From an uncultured Leifsonia sp. (GTDB taxonomy: Bacteria; Actinomycetota; Actinomycetes; Actinomycetales; Microbacteriaceae), in NCBI RefSeq assembly GCF_945957465.1, contig NZ_CAMFLC010000016.1, positions 5,315 through 69,314 of the forward strand: DNA of 64,000 bases. The letters run 5' to 3'. Each line of letters opens with the position of its first letter. The first letter of the stretch is position 1. Below, piece after piece: positions 38,011 to 47,872 of this stretch. The notes under the pieces were generated by a model. It was not told where the DNA came from and did no database searches. It saw nothing but the letters and a program-made list of their open reading frames with translations. The translations under genes and the position numbers were made by a program.

Positions 38011-38814
38011 ATGACGCCGCGTAACACCCCCGAGCCCGAGGATGTCGCCGAGCTGCTCGCCGAGCCGGCCGCCGGCCTCCCGCCTGCCGACGCCGCGGTC
38101 AAGGAGGACGACTCCCGGGGTCCGCAGCTGCCCAACATCCCCCTGCTCGACGCCTCCCCGGCGAATCCCGCCGACATCAAGCCGACCTGGCGCGGCTGGA
38201 TCCACGCCGGCACGTTCCCGGTCACCATCGCGGCGGGTATCGTCCTCATCTGCCTGGCCCAGGGCGCCCCGGCGAAGTGGGCGTCGGCGGTCTTCATGCT
38301 GACCTCGATGCTGCTGTTCGGCAACTCGGCGCTCTACCACCGGTTCAACTGGAGGCCGCGGACGAAGGTCGTGCTCAAGCGCATCGACCACGCCAACATC
38401 TTCCTGCTGATCGCCGGCACCTACACGCCGCTCGCGGTGCTGGCGCTGCCCCCGCAGAAGGGCATCGTGCTGCTCAGCGTCGTCTGGTGCGGCGCCCTGC
38501 TCGGCATCGGCTTCCGGGTGTTCTGGATCACCGCCCCGCGGTGGCTCTACGTGCCGATCTACCTGCTGCTCGGCTGGGCGGCGATGATGTACATCGTCGA
38601 TCTGGTGAACGCGAACGTGGCGATGATGGTGCTGGTGTGCGTCGGCGGCGTCTTCTACACGATCGGCGCGGTGATCTACGGCATCAAGCGCCCGAACCCG
38701 TTCCCCGGGGTGTTCGGTTTCCACGAGATCTTCCACACGCTGACCGTGCTCGCGTTCCTCTGCCATTGGACGGCGACCCTGCTGATCGCCCTCCATCCCG
38801 CCTACAACGGCTGA
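38011..38814 (+). CDS. Hemolysin III / PAQR family membrane protein
   Basis: KPTWRGWIH, SALYH, RIDHANI, GFHEIFH. Confidence 0.92.
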   Translation: MTPRNTPEPEDVAELLAEPAAGLPPADAAVKEDDSRGPQLPNIPLLDASPANPADIKPTWRGWIHAGTFPVTIAAGIVLICLAQGAPAKWASAVFMLTSMLLFGNSALYHRFNWRPRTKVVLKRIDHANIFLLIAGTYTPLAVLALPPQKGIVLLSVVWCGALLGIGFRVFWITAPRWLYVPIYLLLGWAAMMYIVDLVNANVAMMVLVCVGGVFYTIGAVIYGIKRPNPFPGVFGFHEIFHTLTVLAFLCHWTATLLIALHPAYNG

Positions 38815-38888
38815 CGCGGGCGGCCGAGGCGGCACGAACTGCGGGTGGATCGCTCGAGACGGCGCAGAATCTGCCGCCTCGAGGGCGA

Positions 38889-39140
38889 CTACTTCTCGTC
38901 GTCGGTGCGCTCGGCGGCCTGCTCGGCGTCCAGCTTCTCCGCGATCTCGGCGCGGTAGCGCACGCGCCGGATGCGCCGGACCATGTCGATCACCAGCAGC
39001 ACAGCGGCCACCGCGATCAGGAACGTCACCGTGAAGCCCACGACGCCCGGCGTCACCTGGTCCTCGTTCGGGCCGGAGCTCGGTGTCGGGGTCGGCGTGG
39101 CGGCCAGCCAGACGCCGGCCTTCAGCAACAGCTGAGGCAT
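38889..39140 (-). CDS. Small single-TM conserved protein (Rv1083-like by position)
   Basis: DQVTPGVVGF, TM segment, DMVRRIRR. Confidence 0.75.
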   Translation of the reverse strand: MPQLLLKAGVWLAATPTPTPSSGPNEDQVTPGVVGFTVTFLIAVAAVLLVIDMVRRIRRVRYRAEIAEKLDAEQAAERTDDEK

Positions 39141-39155
39141 GGGGGATGCTCGCTT

Positions 39156-39194
39156 TCAGGTCGGGAGCCGAGCAGGGCGCGAAGCGTGATTCAC
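39156..39194 (-). CDS. Possible 12-codon micro-ORF (leader peptide or deletion scar)
   Basis: TAGGCT (39224-19), AGGAG RBS 8 nt before GTG, peptide (M)NHASRPARLPT*. Confidence 0.35.
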   Translation of the reverse strand: MNHASRPARLPT

Positions 39195-39278
39195 AGCTTC
39201 GTCTCCTAGTCTTGTTCCAGCCTACCGTCGCCCTGACGGCGGGCCTGAACGCGCACCGAGAGGCAGACGGCGACAGCG

Positions 39279-39725
39279 ATGGCACGCACGACACACCAGC
39301 CGTCAGCACCGGCTCCGTCCGTCGCCCCCGAGTCGCCCACCCTCCAGTCCCGCTACGGCCGCACCCCCGGCCGACGCCGCCGCGATCGCTGGCTGCTCGC
39401 CGCGGGCGGCCTCGCCGTCCTCGCCGTCGTCACCGCCTGGGCGTTCTGGGCCGGCTGGGACAACAACCAGGCCGATCTCGAGACGACCGACACGGCGTAC
39501 TCGATCCCCGACGCCCACCACGTCGAGATCACCTTCACCATCAACACGAAGCCGGGAACCGGCGTGACCTGCGCACTGCAGGCGCTCAACGAGGACTACG
39601 CGATCGTGGGCTGGCGGATCGTCAGCTATCCCGCCAGTGACGCCCGCGTGACGACGCACACCGAGACCATCCGGACCATCGCGCAGAGCAACACCGGTTT
39701 GATTAACACCTGCTGGCTGACCTAA
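39279..39725 (+). CDS. DUF4307-like protein
   Basis: RYG...TM...CALQALN...VG; conserved position upstream of greA. Confidence 0.82.
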   Translation: MARTTHQPSAPAPSVAPESPTLQSRYGRTPGRRRRDRWLLAAGGLAVLAVVTAWAFWAGWDNNQADLETTDTAYSIPDAHHVEITFTINTKPGTGVTCALQALNEDYAIVGWRIVSYPASDARVTTHTETIRTIAQSNTGLINTCWLT

Positions 39726-39738
39726 CATTCTCTGGATA

Positions 39739-39760
39739 CGCCCCGGCCGAGGCCGGGGCG
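39739..39760 (+). terminator. Short GC hairpin between the DUF4307 gene and greA
   Basis: cgccccggcc-ga-ggccggggcg followed by tctacttt. Confidence 0.45.
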
Positions 39761-39846
39761 TCTACTTTACCCACCGGCACTGCACCACCGGCTTCGGCCG
39801 GGAATCAGCCGAAGCGGTTCGCACCGCAGGCGCGAAGGAGTTCACC

Positions 39847-40338
39847 ATGTCCCAGGAGTCTCAGGTCACGTTTCTGACCCAGGACGCGTACGACCGTCTC
39901 TCGGCCGAACTCGAGGAGCTCAGCGTCAACGGCCGTAATGAGATCGCGAAGCGCATCGAGGCGGCCCGCGAAGAGGGCGACCTCAAGGAGAACGGCGGCT
40001 ATCACGCCGCCAAGGACGAGCAGGGCAAGATCGAGGCCCGCATCGTGCAGCTGACGAACCTGCTGCGCAGCGCGACCGTCGGCGAGGCACCGCAGAGCCA
40101 CGGTGTCGTGGAACCCGGCACCGTCATCACCGCGATCATCGCCGGTGACGAGAGCGTGTTCCTGATCGGCAACCGCGAGATCGCGGCCGGGACGGACCTG
40201 CCGGTCTACAGCGAGCAGAGCCCGCTCGGCGCCGCCATCCTCGGCCTGAAGGTCGGCGACACGACCGAGTACACGGCTCCCAACGGCCGCCAGATCGCGG
40301 TCGAGATCGTCAAGGTCGAGACGTACACCGGCCAGTAA
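39847..40338 (+). CDS. greA: Transcription elongation factor GreA
   Basis: AREEGDLKENGGYHAAKDEQ, SPLGAAI; AAGGAG RBS. Confidence 0.98.
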   Translation: MSQESQVTFLTQDAYDRLSAELEELSVNGRNEIAKRIEAAREEGDLKENGGYHAAKDEQGKIEARIVQLTNLLRSATVGEAPQSHGVVEPGTVITAIIAGDESVFLIGNREIAAGTDLPVYSEQSPLGAAILGLKVGDTTEYTAPNGRQIAVEIVKVETYTGQ

Positions 40339-40366
40339 CGGCGCCACCGACCCCCGCATACCGGAG

Positions 40367-40402
40367 ACCGCTCGTCCGAACATCGGATCCGAGCGGTTTT
40401 CT
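40367..40402 (+). terminator. Intrinsic terminator of greA
   Basis: accgctcg...cgagcggt stem with T-run tttct. Confidence 0.75.
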
Positions 40403-40421
40403 GTATTCGGAGCGGGCCGGG

Positions 40422-41693
40422 CTATTCCTCTTCGAGCACCGGGTCGTAGCCGGCCTGGCGCAGCACCTGGATGACCTGCTGGCGATGCTCGGTGCCGCGC
40501 GTCTCGACCGAGACGACGAGCTCGACCTGGCTGAGCTGCAGCCCGTTGCCGTGCCGCGTGTGCAGCACCTCCACCACGTTGGCGTTGACCCCCGCGAGGA
40601 TCTCGGCGATGCGGGCGAGCTGACCCGGGCGATCGGGCAGCATGATCGAGAGCCGCAGGTAGCGGTCGGAGGCCGCGAGCCCGTGGGCGATCACACGCTG
40701 CATCAGGAGCGGGTCGATGTTGCCGCCCGACAGGATGGCCACGACCGAGCCGGGCCCCTCGTGCTGCACGTGCCCCGCGAGGATGGCGGCGACGCCGGCG
40801 GCTCCGGCCGGCTCGACCACGAGTTTGGCGCGCTCCAGCAGCACCAGCAGGGCGCGGGCCATGTCGTCCTCGGTGACGGTCACCACCGCATCCACGGCGT
40901 CGCGGATGATCTCGAAGTTGAGGATGCCCGGCTTGCTCACGGCGATGCCGTCGGCGATCGTGGCGACCAGCCCGATCTCGGTCGGTTCGCCGGCCTCCAG
41001 AGAAGCCGGATACGGTGCGGCATTGGCCGCCTGCACGCCGATCACCCGGATCGTGCGTCCCTCGCGGGCGGCGCGCTGCTTGACCGCGCTCGCCACACCG
41101 GAGATGAGACCGCCGCCGCCGATCGGGACGACGATGGTCGAGACGTCGGGCACCTCGTCGAGGATCTCGAGGCCGAGAGTGCCTTGACCGGCGATCACGT
41201 CGGCGTGGTCGAACGGCGGGATGAGCACCGCGCCGGTCTCGGCCGCGAAGTCAGCAGCCGCGCGCAGCGTCTCGTCGACGATGCTGCCGCTCAGCACCAC
41301 ATCGGCGCCGTACGCCCGCGTCGCCTGGAACTTGGGGATCGCGACGCCGACCGGCATGAAGATCGTGGCGTGGATGCCGAGCTCGCGGGCGGCGAAGGCG
41401 ACGCCCTGCGCATGGTTGCCTGCCGACGCGGCGACGACGCCCCGCTCGCGCTCCTCGGCCGTCAGCTTCGAGAGCCGGTGGTATGCCCCGCGGATCTTGT
41501 ACGAGCCGGTGCGCTGGAGGTTCTCGCACTTGAGGATCACGGGGGCGCCGATGACGTCGGTGAGGTACCGCGATGTCTCGATCGGCGTCGGCTGCGCGAC
41601 CCGGCTCACGATCGCGCGCGCGGCTTCGATCTCGTCGAGGCTGGGGCCGGCGAACGGTGTGCGCGTCGATTCGGTCGCGGTGTCCACTCGCAC
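40422..41693 (-). CDS. ilvA: Threonine ammonia-lyase with single C-terminal ACT domain
   Basis: KCENLQRTGSYKIRGA, ASAGNHAQG, GGGGLISG, LSGGNID, DRPGQL. Confidence 0.95.
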   Translation of the reverse strand: MRVDTATESTRTPFAGPSLDEIEAARAIVSRVAQPTPIETSRYLTDVIGAPVILKCENLQRTGSYKIRGAYHRLSKLTAEERERGVVAASAGNHAQGVAFAARELGIHATIFMPVGVAIPKFQATRAYGADVVLSGSIVDETLRAAADFAAETGAVLIPPFDHADVIAGQGTLGLEILDEVPDVSTIVVPIGGGGLISGVASAVKQRAAREGRTIRVIGVQAANAAPYPASLEAGEPTEIGLVATIADGIAVSKPGILNFEIIRDAVDAVVTVTEDDMARALLVLLERAKLVVEPAGAAGVAAILAGHVQHEGPGSVVAILSGGNIDPLLMQRVIAHGLAASDRYLRLSIMLPDRPGQLARIAEILAGVNANVVEVLHTRHGNGLQLSQVELVVSVETRGTEHRQQVIQVLRQAGYDPVLEEE

Positions 41694-41742
41694 AGCCTAC
41701 TCGCGGTCATATACCGCCGGATGTATGCGAACCGGGCGCGGG

Positions 41743-42984
41743 CTACGGGCGACGCAGGGGACGCGGGACGGTCTCCCAGATCGCTCCGGCCGGAGGCTCC
41801 ACGACCTCCGGAGGCGCTGTGCGCCACGCGCCCGACGAGACGTAGTGGACCATCACGTTGAGCACCGCGACGAAGGGCACGGCGAAGAGGGCGCCCGGGA
41901 TGCCGGCGAGCAGCGATCCGGCGGCGACGGCGAGCACCACCGCGAGGGGGTGAACCTTGACGGCGGTGCCCATGATCAGCGGCTGCAGCACGTGTCCCTC
42001 GATCTGCTGCACCAGCAGGACGATCCCGAGCATGATGAGCGCGAAGACCCAGCCCTTGAACACGAGAGCGATGAACACGGCGAGCGCCCCCGTGATCACG
42101 GCGCCGACGATCGGGATGAACGACCCGAGGAACACCAGCACCGCGATCGGGATGACCAGCGGCAGCCCGAGGAAGAACGCGCCGAGTCCGATGCCGAGGG
42201 CGTCGATCGAGGCGACGAGGACCTGCACCTTGGCGAAGTTGCGGAGCGTCGTCCACCCCTCCCGGCCCGCTCCGTCCACCGCGCCGCGCGCGTTCTTCGG
42301 GAAGATCCGCACGATCCACCCCCAGATGCTGCGCCCGTCGATCAGGATGAACAGCACGCTGAACAGCGTCAGCAGGGCGCCGGTGAGCACGTGTCCGAGC
42401 GTCGAGCCGATGGAGAGCGCGCCCGAGATGAAGACCTGGCTGTCTTGCTGGATGGACGTCCAGATCGACTGGAACGCGCTGTCGATCTGATCGGGGGTGA
42501 GTCCGAGCGGTCCGGTGGTCAGCCAGGCGCGGAACTGGTCGAACGCCGCCACGGACTGTGTCTGCAGGGCCTGGCTCTGCCGGGTGACCTGCCAGATGGC
42601 GAGGTAGAACAGGCCGCCGACCACGACGATCAACGTGAGCAGCGCCGTGACGATCGCGAGCCAGGACGGCCAGCGGTGGCGGCGCAGGAAGTCCTTGAAC
42701 GGCACGAGCAGCGCCGCGACGAGCACCGCGATCAGGACGGGCACGACGATGAGGCGCAGCTGCACGATCAGGAAGATCGCGACCGCGATGACCGCTCCGA
42801 TGACCAGCAGGCGCCACGACCACGCCCCGGCCAGGCGCACACCGCGGGGCAGCGACTCGTCGACCGGAGTGAGCGGCGCCTCCAGGTCGCGTCGGCGTCT
42901 CAGGAAGCGTGCCCGGATCGACGGTCCCCGATCGTCCTGCGGTGCCGACGGGTTCGTGCCCGCCGGGGCGTCGCTGTCTGCCAT
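41743..42984 (-). CDS. AI-2E family transporter
   Basis: FIPIVG, QQIEGHVLQP, HPLAV, AVPF. Confidence 0.9.
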   Translation of the reverse strand: MADSDAPAGTNPSAPQDDRGPSIRARFLRRRRDLEAPLTPVDESLPRGVRLAGAWSWRLLVIGAVIAVAIFLIVQLRLIVVPVLIAVLVAALLVPFKDFLRRHRWPSWLAIVTALLTLIVVVGGLFYLAIWQVTRQSQALQTQSVAAFDQFRAWLTTGPLGLTPDQIDSAFQSIWTSIQQDSQVFISGALSIGSTLGHVLTGALLTLFSVLFILIDGRSIWGWIVRIFPKNARGAVDGAGREGWTTLRNFAKVQVLVASIDALGIGLGAFFLGLPLVIPIAVLVFLGSFIPIVGAVITGALAVFIALVFKGWVFALIMLGIVLLVQQIEGHVLQPLIMGTAVKVHPLAVVLAVAAGSLLAGIPGALFAVPFVAVLNVMVHYVSSGAWRTAPPEVVEPPAGAIWETVPRPLRRP

Positions 42985-43029
42985 GCCCGCCAGTCTAGGG
43001 GCGTGACGTCGACGTTCCTGTGGATCCGT

Positions 43030-43617
43030 TCAGGGTTCGAAGACGAGGGGTGGATGCTCGATCCAGGTGTTGAACCACGACCACGACGGGCCGGACGACG
43101 TCTGCTGGATCGAGGCGTAGACGACCTGGCCCGGCGGGACGTTGTGCAGGCCCACCTGGACCGAGACGTTGCCGTTCACGGTCTTCACCCCGGCTCCGGT
43201 GACAGTCCCGGGGCCGGCGTAGCCGCCGACGGTCAGCGAGACCGGCCCGCTGGTGGAGACGAGGAAGGAGACGACGTAGTCCGCCGCCGCCGTCGCCCCG
43301 TACGCACCCGGGTCGAAGTGGACGGACACGCCCGGGCCTCCCGAGGGGACCTGCCGGAACGTGAACGACGCGTACGGCGTTCCCGACGTGTCGGTCTGCA
43401 TGATGTCGGATGCGATGAGGGTCAGATTCGTGCGGCCCTTGCCCACGGTGTGGGTCGGGCTGATGATCTCGATGGGGAAGATGAAAGGCGGCCAGCGCAG
43501 GATGTCGCCCGGACGGATCCGAGTGACCACGTCACTCGGCGAGAAGGTCTTCACGAAGGATGTGGGGTCGATGGCGTCTGAGACTTCGGCGTCCGCCCCC
43601 GGGACGATGCCAGACAT
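43030..43617 (-). CDS. Orphan hypothetical protein (195 aa), beta-rich; distant paralog of 12525-13124
   Basis: TAGAGT -10-like box just before ATG; C-terminus GPSWSWFNTWI. Confidence 0.78.
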   Translation of the reverse strand: MSGIVPGADAEVSDAIDPTSFVKTFSPSDVVTRIRPGDILRWPPFIFPIEIISPTHTVGKGRTNLTLIASDIMQTDTSGTPYASFTFRQVPSGGPGVSVHFDPGAYGATAAADYVVSFLVSTSGPVSLTVGGYAGPGTVTGAGVKTVNGNVSVQVGLHNVPPGQVVYASIQQTSSGPSWSWFNTWIEHPPLVFEP

Positions 43618-43669
43618 GAGAATTACTCTACTAGCGCGCCCGCGCCCGCGCGACCGTGCCTCCACGGAT

Positions 43670-43730
43670 CTCGAAGGGCGCCTTAACGCCCCTAAAACGG
43701 CGTCTTCAGGGCTTTAAGGCGCCCTTCGAG
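43670..43730. repeat. REP-like hairpin, relative of the 18165-18221 element
   Basis: Perfect 17-bp stem ctcgaagggcgccttaa; shared 12-mer AACGCCCCTAAA. Confidence 0.8.
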
Positions 43731-43744
43731 AGCGTCGCCCCGAC

Positions 43745-44812
43745 TCAGGCGGCGGGCGCGACGGTGACAGGTGTGCCGGAGAGCGCGAGGTGCACGCGCT
43801 CGCCCGGCGTGGGCTGTTCCCGCGCGCCGTGCTGGACGGCCAGCTCCGACCCGTCGGCCAGCCGCACGCGGGTGCGCCGCAGCGCGCCGAGGAAACTGCT
43901 GGTCAGCACCTCGGCCGGCAGTCCCTCCGTCGTCAGCAGCAGATCCTCGGGGCGCAGATAGGCGATCACCGGGCCGTCTGCAGCGGGAGCGGCAAGCGGC
44001 ACGGCCTGGCCGAGCACCTGCAGCACGCCGCCGGACACCGCCCCGGGCACCCGGTTGGTCAGGCCCACGAACTCGGCCACGAAAGCCGTCGCCGGGCGAT
44101 GGTAGAGCTCTTCCGGCGTTCCGATCTGCTCGATGGCGCCCGCGCGCATGACAGCGACGCGGTCCGCGACGGCGAGCGCCTCCTCCTGGTCGTGCGTGAC
44201 GAAGAAGGTCGTGATCCCGAGCTCGGTCTGGATGCGGCGGATCTCCTCGCGCAACTGCACGCGCACCTTGGCGTCGAGGGCCGACAGCGGCTCATCGAGC
44301 AGGAGCACGCGCGGCTCGGTGACCAGCGCCCGGGCGAGCGCCACCCGCTGCTGCTGGCCGCCGGACAGCTGGTGGGCGTACCGCCCGGCGTGGTGGTCGA
44401 GACCGACGAGTTCGAGCGCCTCGGCCGCGCGGCGGCGGCGCTTCTCGGCCGCCACCCTGCGCATCCGCAGCCCGAACTCGACGTTCTGGCCTGAGGTGAG
44501 GTGCGGGAAGAGCGAGTACGACTGGAACACCATCCCGAGATCGCGCCGGCTCGTCGGCTCGTCGGTGACGTCGCGCCCGTCGATGAGGATGCGTCCGGAA
44601 TCGACGCGCTCGAGCCCGGCCAGCGCGCGCAGCGCTGTGGTCTTTCCGCAGCCCGACGGGCCGAGCAGCGCGATGAACTCCCCCGGCGCGGCCTGCAGCG
44701 AGAATCCGGCGAGACCGGCGCCCCCGCCGAAGTCGCGCACCAGCCCGTCGAGCTCGACGGTGGAGCCGACGCGCGCGGCGGCGACGGAGGATTCTGCGAG
44801 GACGGTCATCAT
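43745..44812 (-). CDS. ABC ATP-binding protein (PotA-like, TOBE domain)
   Basis: GPSGCGKT, LSGGQQQR, LLLDEP, VTHDQEEA. Confidence 0.93.
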   Translation of the reverse strand: MMTVLAESSVAAARVGSTVELDGLVRDFGGGAGLAGFSLQAAPGEFIALLGPSGCGKTTALRALAGLERVDSGRILIDGRDVTDEPTSRRDLGMVFQSYSLFPHLTSGQNVEFGLRMRRVAAEKRRRRAAEALELVGLDHHAGRYAHQLSGGQQQRVALARALVTEPRVLLLDEPLSALDAKVRVQLREEIRRIQTELGITTFFVTHDQEEALAVADRVAVMRAGAIEQIGTPEELYHRPATAFVAEFVGLTNRVPGAVSGGVLQVLGQAVPLAAPAADGPVIAYLRPEDLLLTTEGLPAEVLTSSFLGALRRTRVRLADGSELAVQHGAREQPTPGERVHLALSGTPVTVAPAA

Positions 44813-45636
44813 GAGCCTTTCAGAGCGTGGCCGCGCGTGCGCCGGCGGGAACCGACGACACGATCGACGACGACGAGGAGGACGAACGCGAACACCAGCG
44901 CCAGCAGGGCGAAGATGACCGCGACGAAGGGGTCTGACTGCGAGACCAGCAGCAGAGAGGTCTGCAGGTTCACGCGGCTGAGCAGGGAGGCTATGGTGAA
45001 CTCGCCCAGCACGACCGCGACGGACAGTGCGGACGCGGCAAGGATCCCGCGGCGCAGGTTCGGCACGAGCACCCGCCAGAAGACGGTCCCCCAGCCGGCG
45101 CCGAGGGAGCGCGCCGCCTCGCTGAGCGTGATCATGTCGACCGCGGCGACGTTGCTCTGGATGGCGCGGTACGCGTACGGCAGGACGGTGATCCCGTACG
45201 CGAACGCGAGCGTCCAGGCGCCAGAGCCGAAGATCTCGGTGACCACGGCGTACGTCGGCGCGAGCCCGACGACCATCACGATCGCCGGGATCATGATGGG
45301 CAGGAGACAGACGGCCTCCAGCAGCCGGCGCAGCCGGGCGAACCGCAGCTCGATCAGCACGATCGTCGGCAGCAGCACCAGCAGCACGATCGCGACAGTG
45401 ACGACCGCCAGCACGAGCGAGTTGCCGAGACCCTGGTACACGCGGTCGTAGCGCGTCGTACCGCCGCCGAAGACCGCGATCCAGCGGTCGAAGCTGTAGA
45501 CGCCGGGCTTGGCCGTGCGAAGGGTGAACTCCAGCATCGACAACAGCGGGATGAGGAAGAACGCGCCGAGCACGACCCAGATCACCGTGCGGACGACGGG
45601 GCCGGGCCCGAGCCGCAACGGGTTCTGCCCGCTCAT
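44809..45636 (-). CDS. ABC importer permease (PotC-like)
   Basis: EAARSLGA EAA motif; 6 TM segments. Confidence 0.9.
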   Translation of the reverse strand: MSGQNPLRLGPGPVVRTVIWVVLGAFFLIPLLSMLEFTLRTAKPGVYSFDRWIAVFGGGTTRYDRVYQGLGNSLVLAVVTVAIVLLVLLPTIVLIELRFARLRRLLEAVCLLPIMIPAIVMVVGLAPTYAVVTEIFGSGAWTLAFAYGITVLPYAYRAIQSNVAAVDMITLSEAARSLGAGWGTVFWRVLVPNLRRGILAASALSVAVVLGEFTIASLLSRVNLQTSLLLVSQSDPFVAVIFALLALVFAFVLLVVVDRVVGSRRRTRGHALKGS

Positions 45637-46589
45637 CGTTGCCACCTCGCCGTGCGGCGGACGAGAGCGGAGTACGCCAGCATGACGACGACCATGACCA
45701 CGAGCATCCCGAGCGCCATCGAGCCTGCCAGGTTGGCGCGTCCGAGGACGGTCTCGGAGATGAGCGCCTGGCGGATCTGCAGCGAGACGATGTTGTTCGC
45801 CTGCCCGACCAGCGCGGCCGCGGTCGCGTAGGACGAGAAGGCATTGGCGAACAGCAGCAGCAGGCTGCCGAGGAACGACGGCAGCAGGATGGGGCCGCCG
45901 ACACGGGTCCAGTAGGTCCAGCGAGTGCCGCCCAGCGTGGCGGTCGCCTCGAGCCACTGGGGGCGCAGTCCCTCCAGGGCAGGCAGGAACGTGATGACCA
46001 TCAGCGGGATCTGGAAATAGAGGTACGGGAGGATCAGCCCGGGCACGGTGTAGAGCCAGACGCCGTTCTCGTAGATGTTGATGTGGAAGACGTTGCGCAG
46101 CAGAACCGTCACCAGCCCCTGGGCGCCGATCGTCGCGATGAAGGCGAACGCGAGCATGACACCGCCGAACTGTGCGAGGACACTGCTGGCCGAGTCGACG
46201 ACGGAGCGGGCGGCGCCGCCCGGGCGCGAGTGCAGCATCGCGAAGCAGAGCGCGGCCCCCGCGATGGCTCCGACGATCGCGGTGACGGCGGAGAGCCAGA
46301 ACGCGCCGAAGAACGAGCCGGCGATCGCCGGTTCGGCCAGTCCGGTGATGTTGGACCAGGTGAAGCGCCCGGCGCCGTCGACGAAGCCGCTCCCCACCGC
46401 CACGAGGGTGGGCACGGCGAGGAAGACCACGACGTAGAACGCGAACGGCGTGAGGCCGAGGACCGCGGCGGCGCCACGGCGGCGGCGCCGCTTCGGCCCG
46501 GCCGGGCGCGACGACGGCTGCCGCCGGGAGTCACGCGAGGTGATCCCGGCGGCAGCATCGGCCGCTGGAGCGGCGAGGGTCTCGGTCAT
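45633..46589 (-). CDS. ABC importer permease (PotB-like)
   Basis: EATATLGG EAA-like motif; TM segments. Confidence 0.9.
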   Translation of the reverse strand: MTETLAAPAADAAAGITSRDSRRQPSSRPAGPKRRRRRGAAAVLGLTPFAFYVVVFLAVPTLVAVGSGFVDGAGRFTWSNITGLAEPAIAGSFFGAFWLSAVTAIVGAIAGAALCFAMLHSRPGGAARSVVDSASSVLAQFGGVMLAFAFIATIGAQGLVTVLLRNVFHINIYENGVWLYTVPGLILPYLYFQIPLMVITFLPALEGLRPQWLEATATLGGTRWTYWTRVGGPILLPSFLGSLLLLFANAFSSYATAAALVGQANNIVSLQIRQALISETVLGRANLAGSMALGMLVVMVVVMLAYSALVRRTARWQR

Positions 46590-47728
46590 CAGCCGACCGC
46601 GTTGGCCCACTTGGCGTTGAGGAGCGTGCCCGCCGCGGTGGCCTGCTTGTCCGTCATCACGGCCACCTTGTCGAGCTTGCCCGGGAAGTCCTTGGTGTCG
46701 AGCGTGCCCGCCTTCTCCATGGCGTCGACGCGGGCCGGGTAGGCGCCGCCCTTCAGCCACGCGTTCTGAGCGGCGTCGCTGTAGAGGTACTCCTCCCACA
46801 GCCGTGCGGCGGCGGGGTGCGGGGCGTCCTTGTTGATCGCCTGGTTGTAGTAGCCGACATACGCGGTGCCCGGGAGCACGACATACTTCCAGTTCACGCC
46901 GCCCGACTTGATGGTGTCGGAGGTCGCGTAGCCCTTCTGGTTGAACGACCAGTCGAGGAGCACCGGGGTCTCGCCCGACGCGATGGTGTTCGGCTTGCCG
47001 TCGGCGGCGTTCCAGTTGCCGGCCGCCTTGAGCTTGGTGAACCAGTCGATGCCCGGGGTGAGGTCGTCGAGAGTGCCGCCGTTCTGCAGATCGGCGTACG
47101 CGACGGCGCCCGCCGCTGCGGCGGCCTGGGTCGGGTTGCCGTTGAGCGCGACGGCGCCCTTGAACTCCGGCTTCAGGAGGTCGGAGAACGACTTCGGAGC
47201 CGTCTTGATCTTGTTCGCGTCGTAGCCGACCGACATGACCCCGTAGTAGCCGACCTTCCAGAGGCCGTCCTTCTCCTTCTGGGCGGCGGGGATGTCGGCG
47301 AAGCCGGTGGGCTTGTAGGGAGCGAAGTACTGCGTGTTGGCCAGCGCGACGGAGGAGCCGATGTCGAAGGTGTCCGGAGCGGTGTCCTGGCCCTTCAGCT
47401 TCTTGGCGGCGTCGATCTCCTCCTGGCTGGACGCGGAGTCCTGGCTCGGGTTGATGGTGATGCCGTACTTCTTGGTGAAGCCGTCGAAGATCTCCTGGTA
47501 GTTGGCCCAGTCGCCCGGCGTCGCGATGATGTTGAGGCTGCCCTCCTTCTTCGCGGCGGCGACGAGGGCGTCCATCCCGCCCGCCGAGGCCACGTCGGTG
47601 GCGGTGGCGACCTTGCCGGTGTCTGCTGTGCTGCTCGCGTTCGCGCCGCCGGAGCAGGCGGCGAGCGAGAGGGCGACGACGGTCGCAGCGGCGGCGAGGC
47701 CGGCGACGCGAGCGCGCTTGTTGATCAC
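46589..47728 (-). CDS. ABC substrate-binding lipoprotein (PotD/AfuA-like superfamily)
   Basis: Lipobox LAAC; GGAGG RBS; APHPAAARLW. Confidence 0.9.
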   Translation of the reverse strand: MINKRARVAGLAAAATVVALSLAACSGGANASSTADTGKVATATDVASAGGMDALVAAAKKEGSLNIIATPGDWANYQEIFDGFTKKYGITINPSQDSASSQEEIDAAKKLKGQDTAPDTFDIGSSVALANTQYFAPYKPTGFADIPAAQKEKDGLWKVGYYGVMSVGYDANKIKTAPKSFSDLLKPEFKGAVALNGNPTQAAAAAGAVAYADLQNGGTLDDLTPGIDWFTKLKAAGNWNAADGKPNTIASGETPVLLDWSFNQKGYATSDTIKSGGVNWKYVVLPGTAYVGYYNQAINKDAPHPAAARLWEEYLYSDAAQNAWLKGGAYPARVDAMEKAGTLDTKDFPGKLDKVAVMTDKQATAAGTLLNAKWANAVG

Positions 47729-47872
47729 GGAATATCCTCCAGTGCACGGGTTGATCGCCGGGCGTTCGACCCGGCTCGTCGCAACGCTAGGCAGGCCGGG
47801 GTACGCGCGGGCCAGCGGAGGGTGACCAGTCGGTGAACGGCCGATGTCGGACCGCCCCGATAGGGTCGACGC

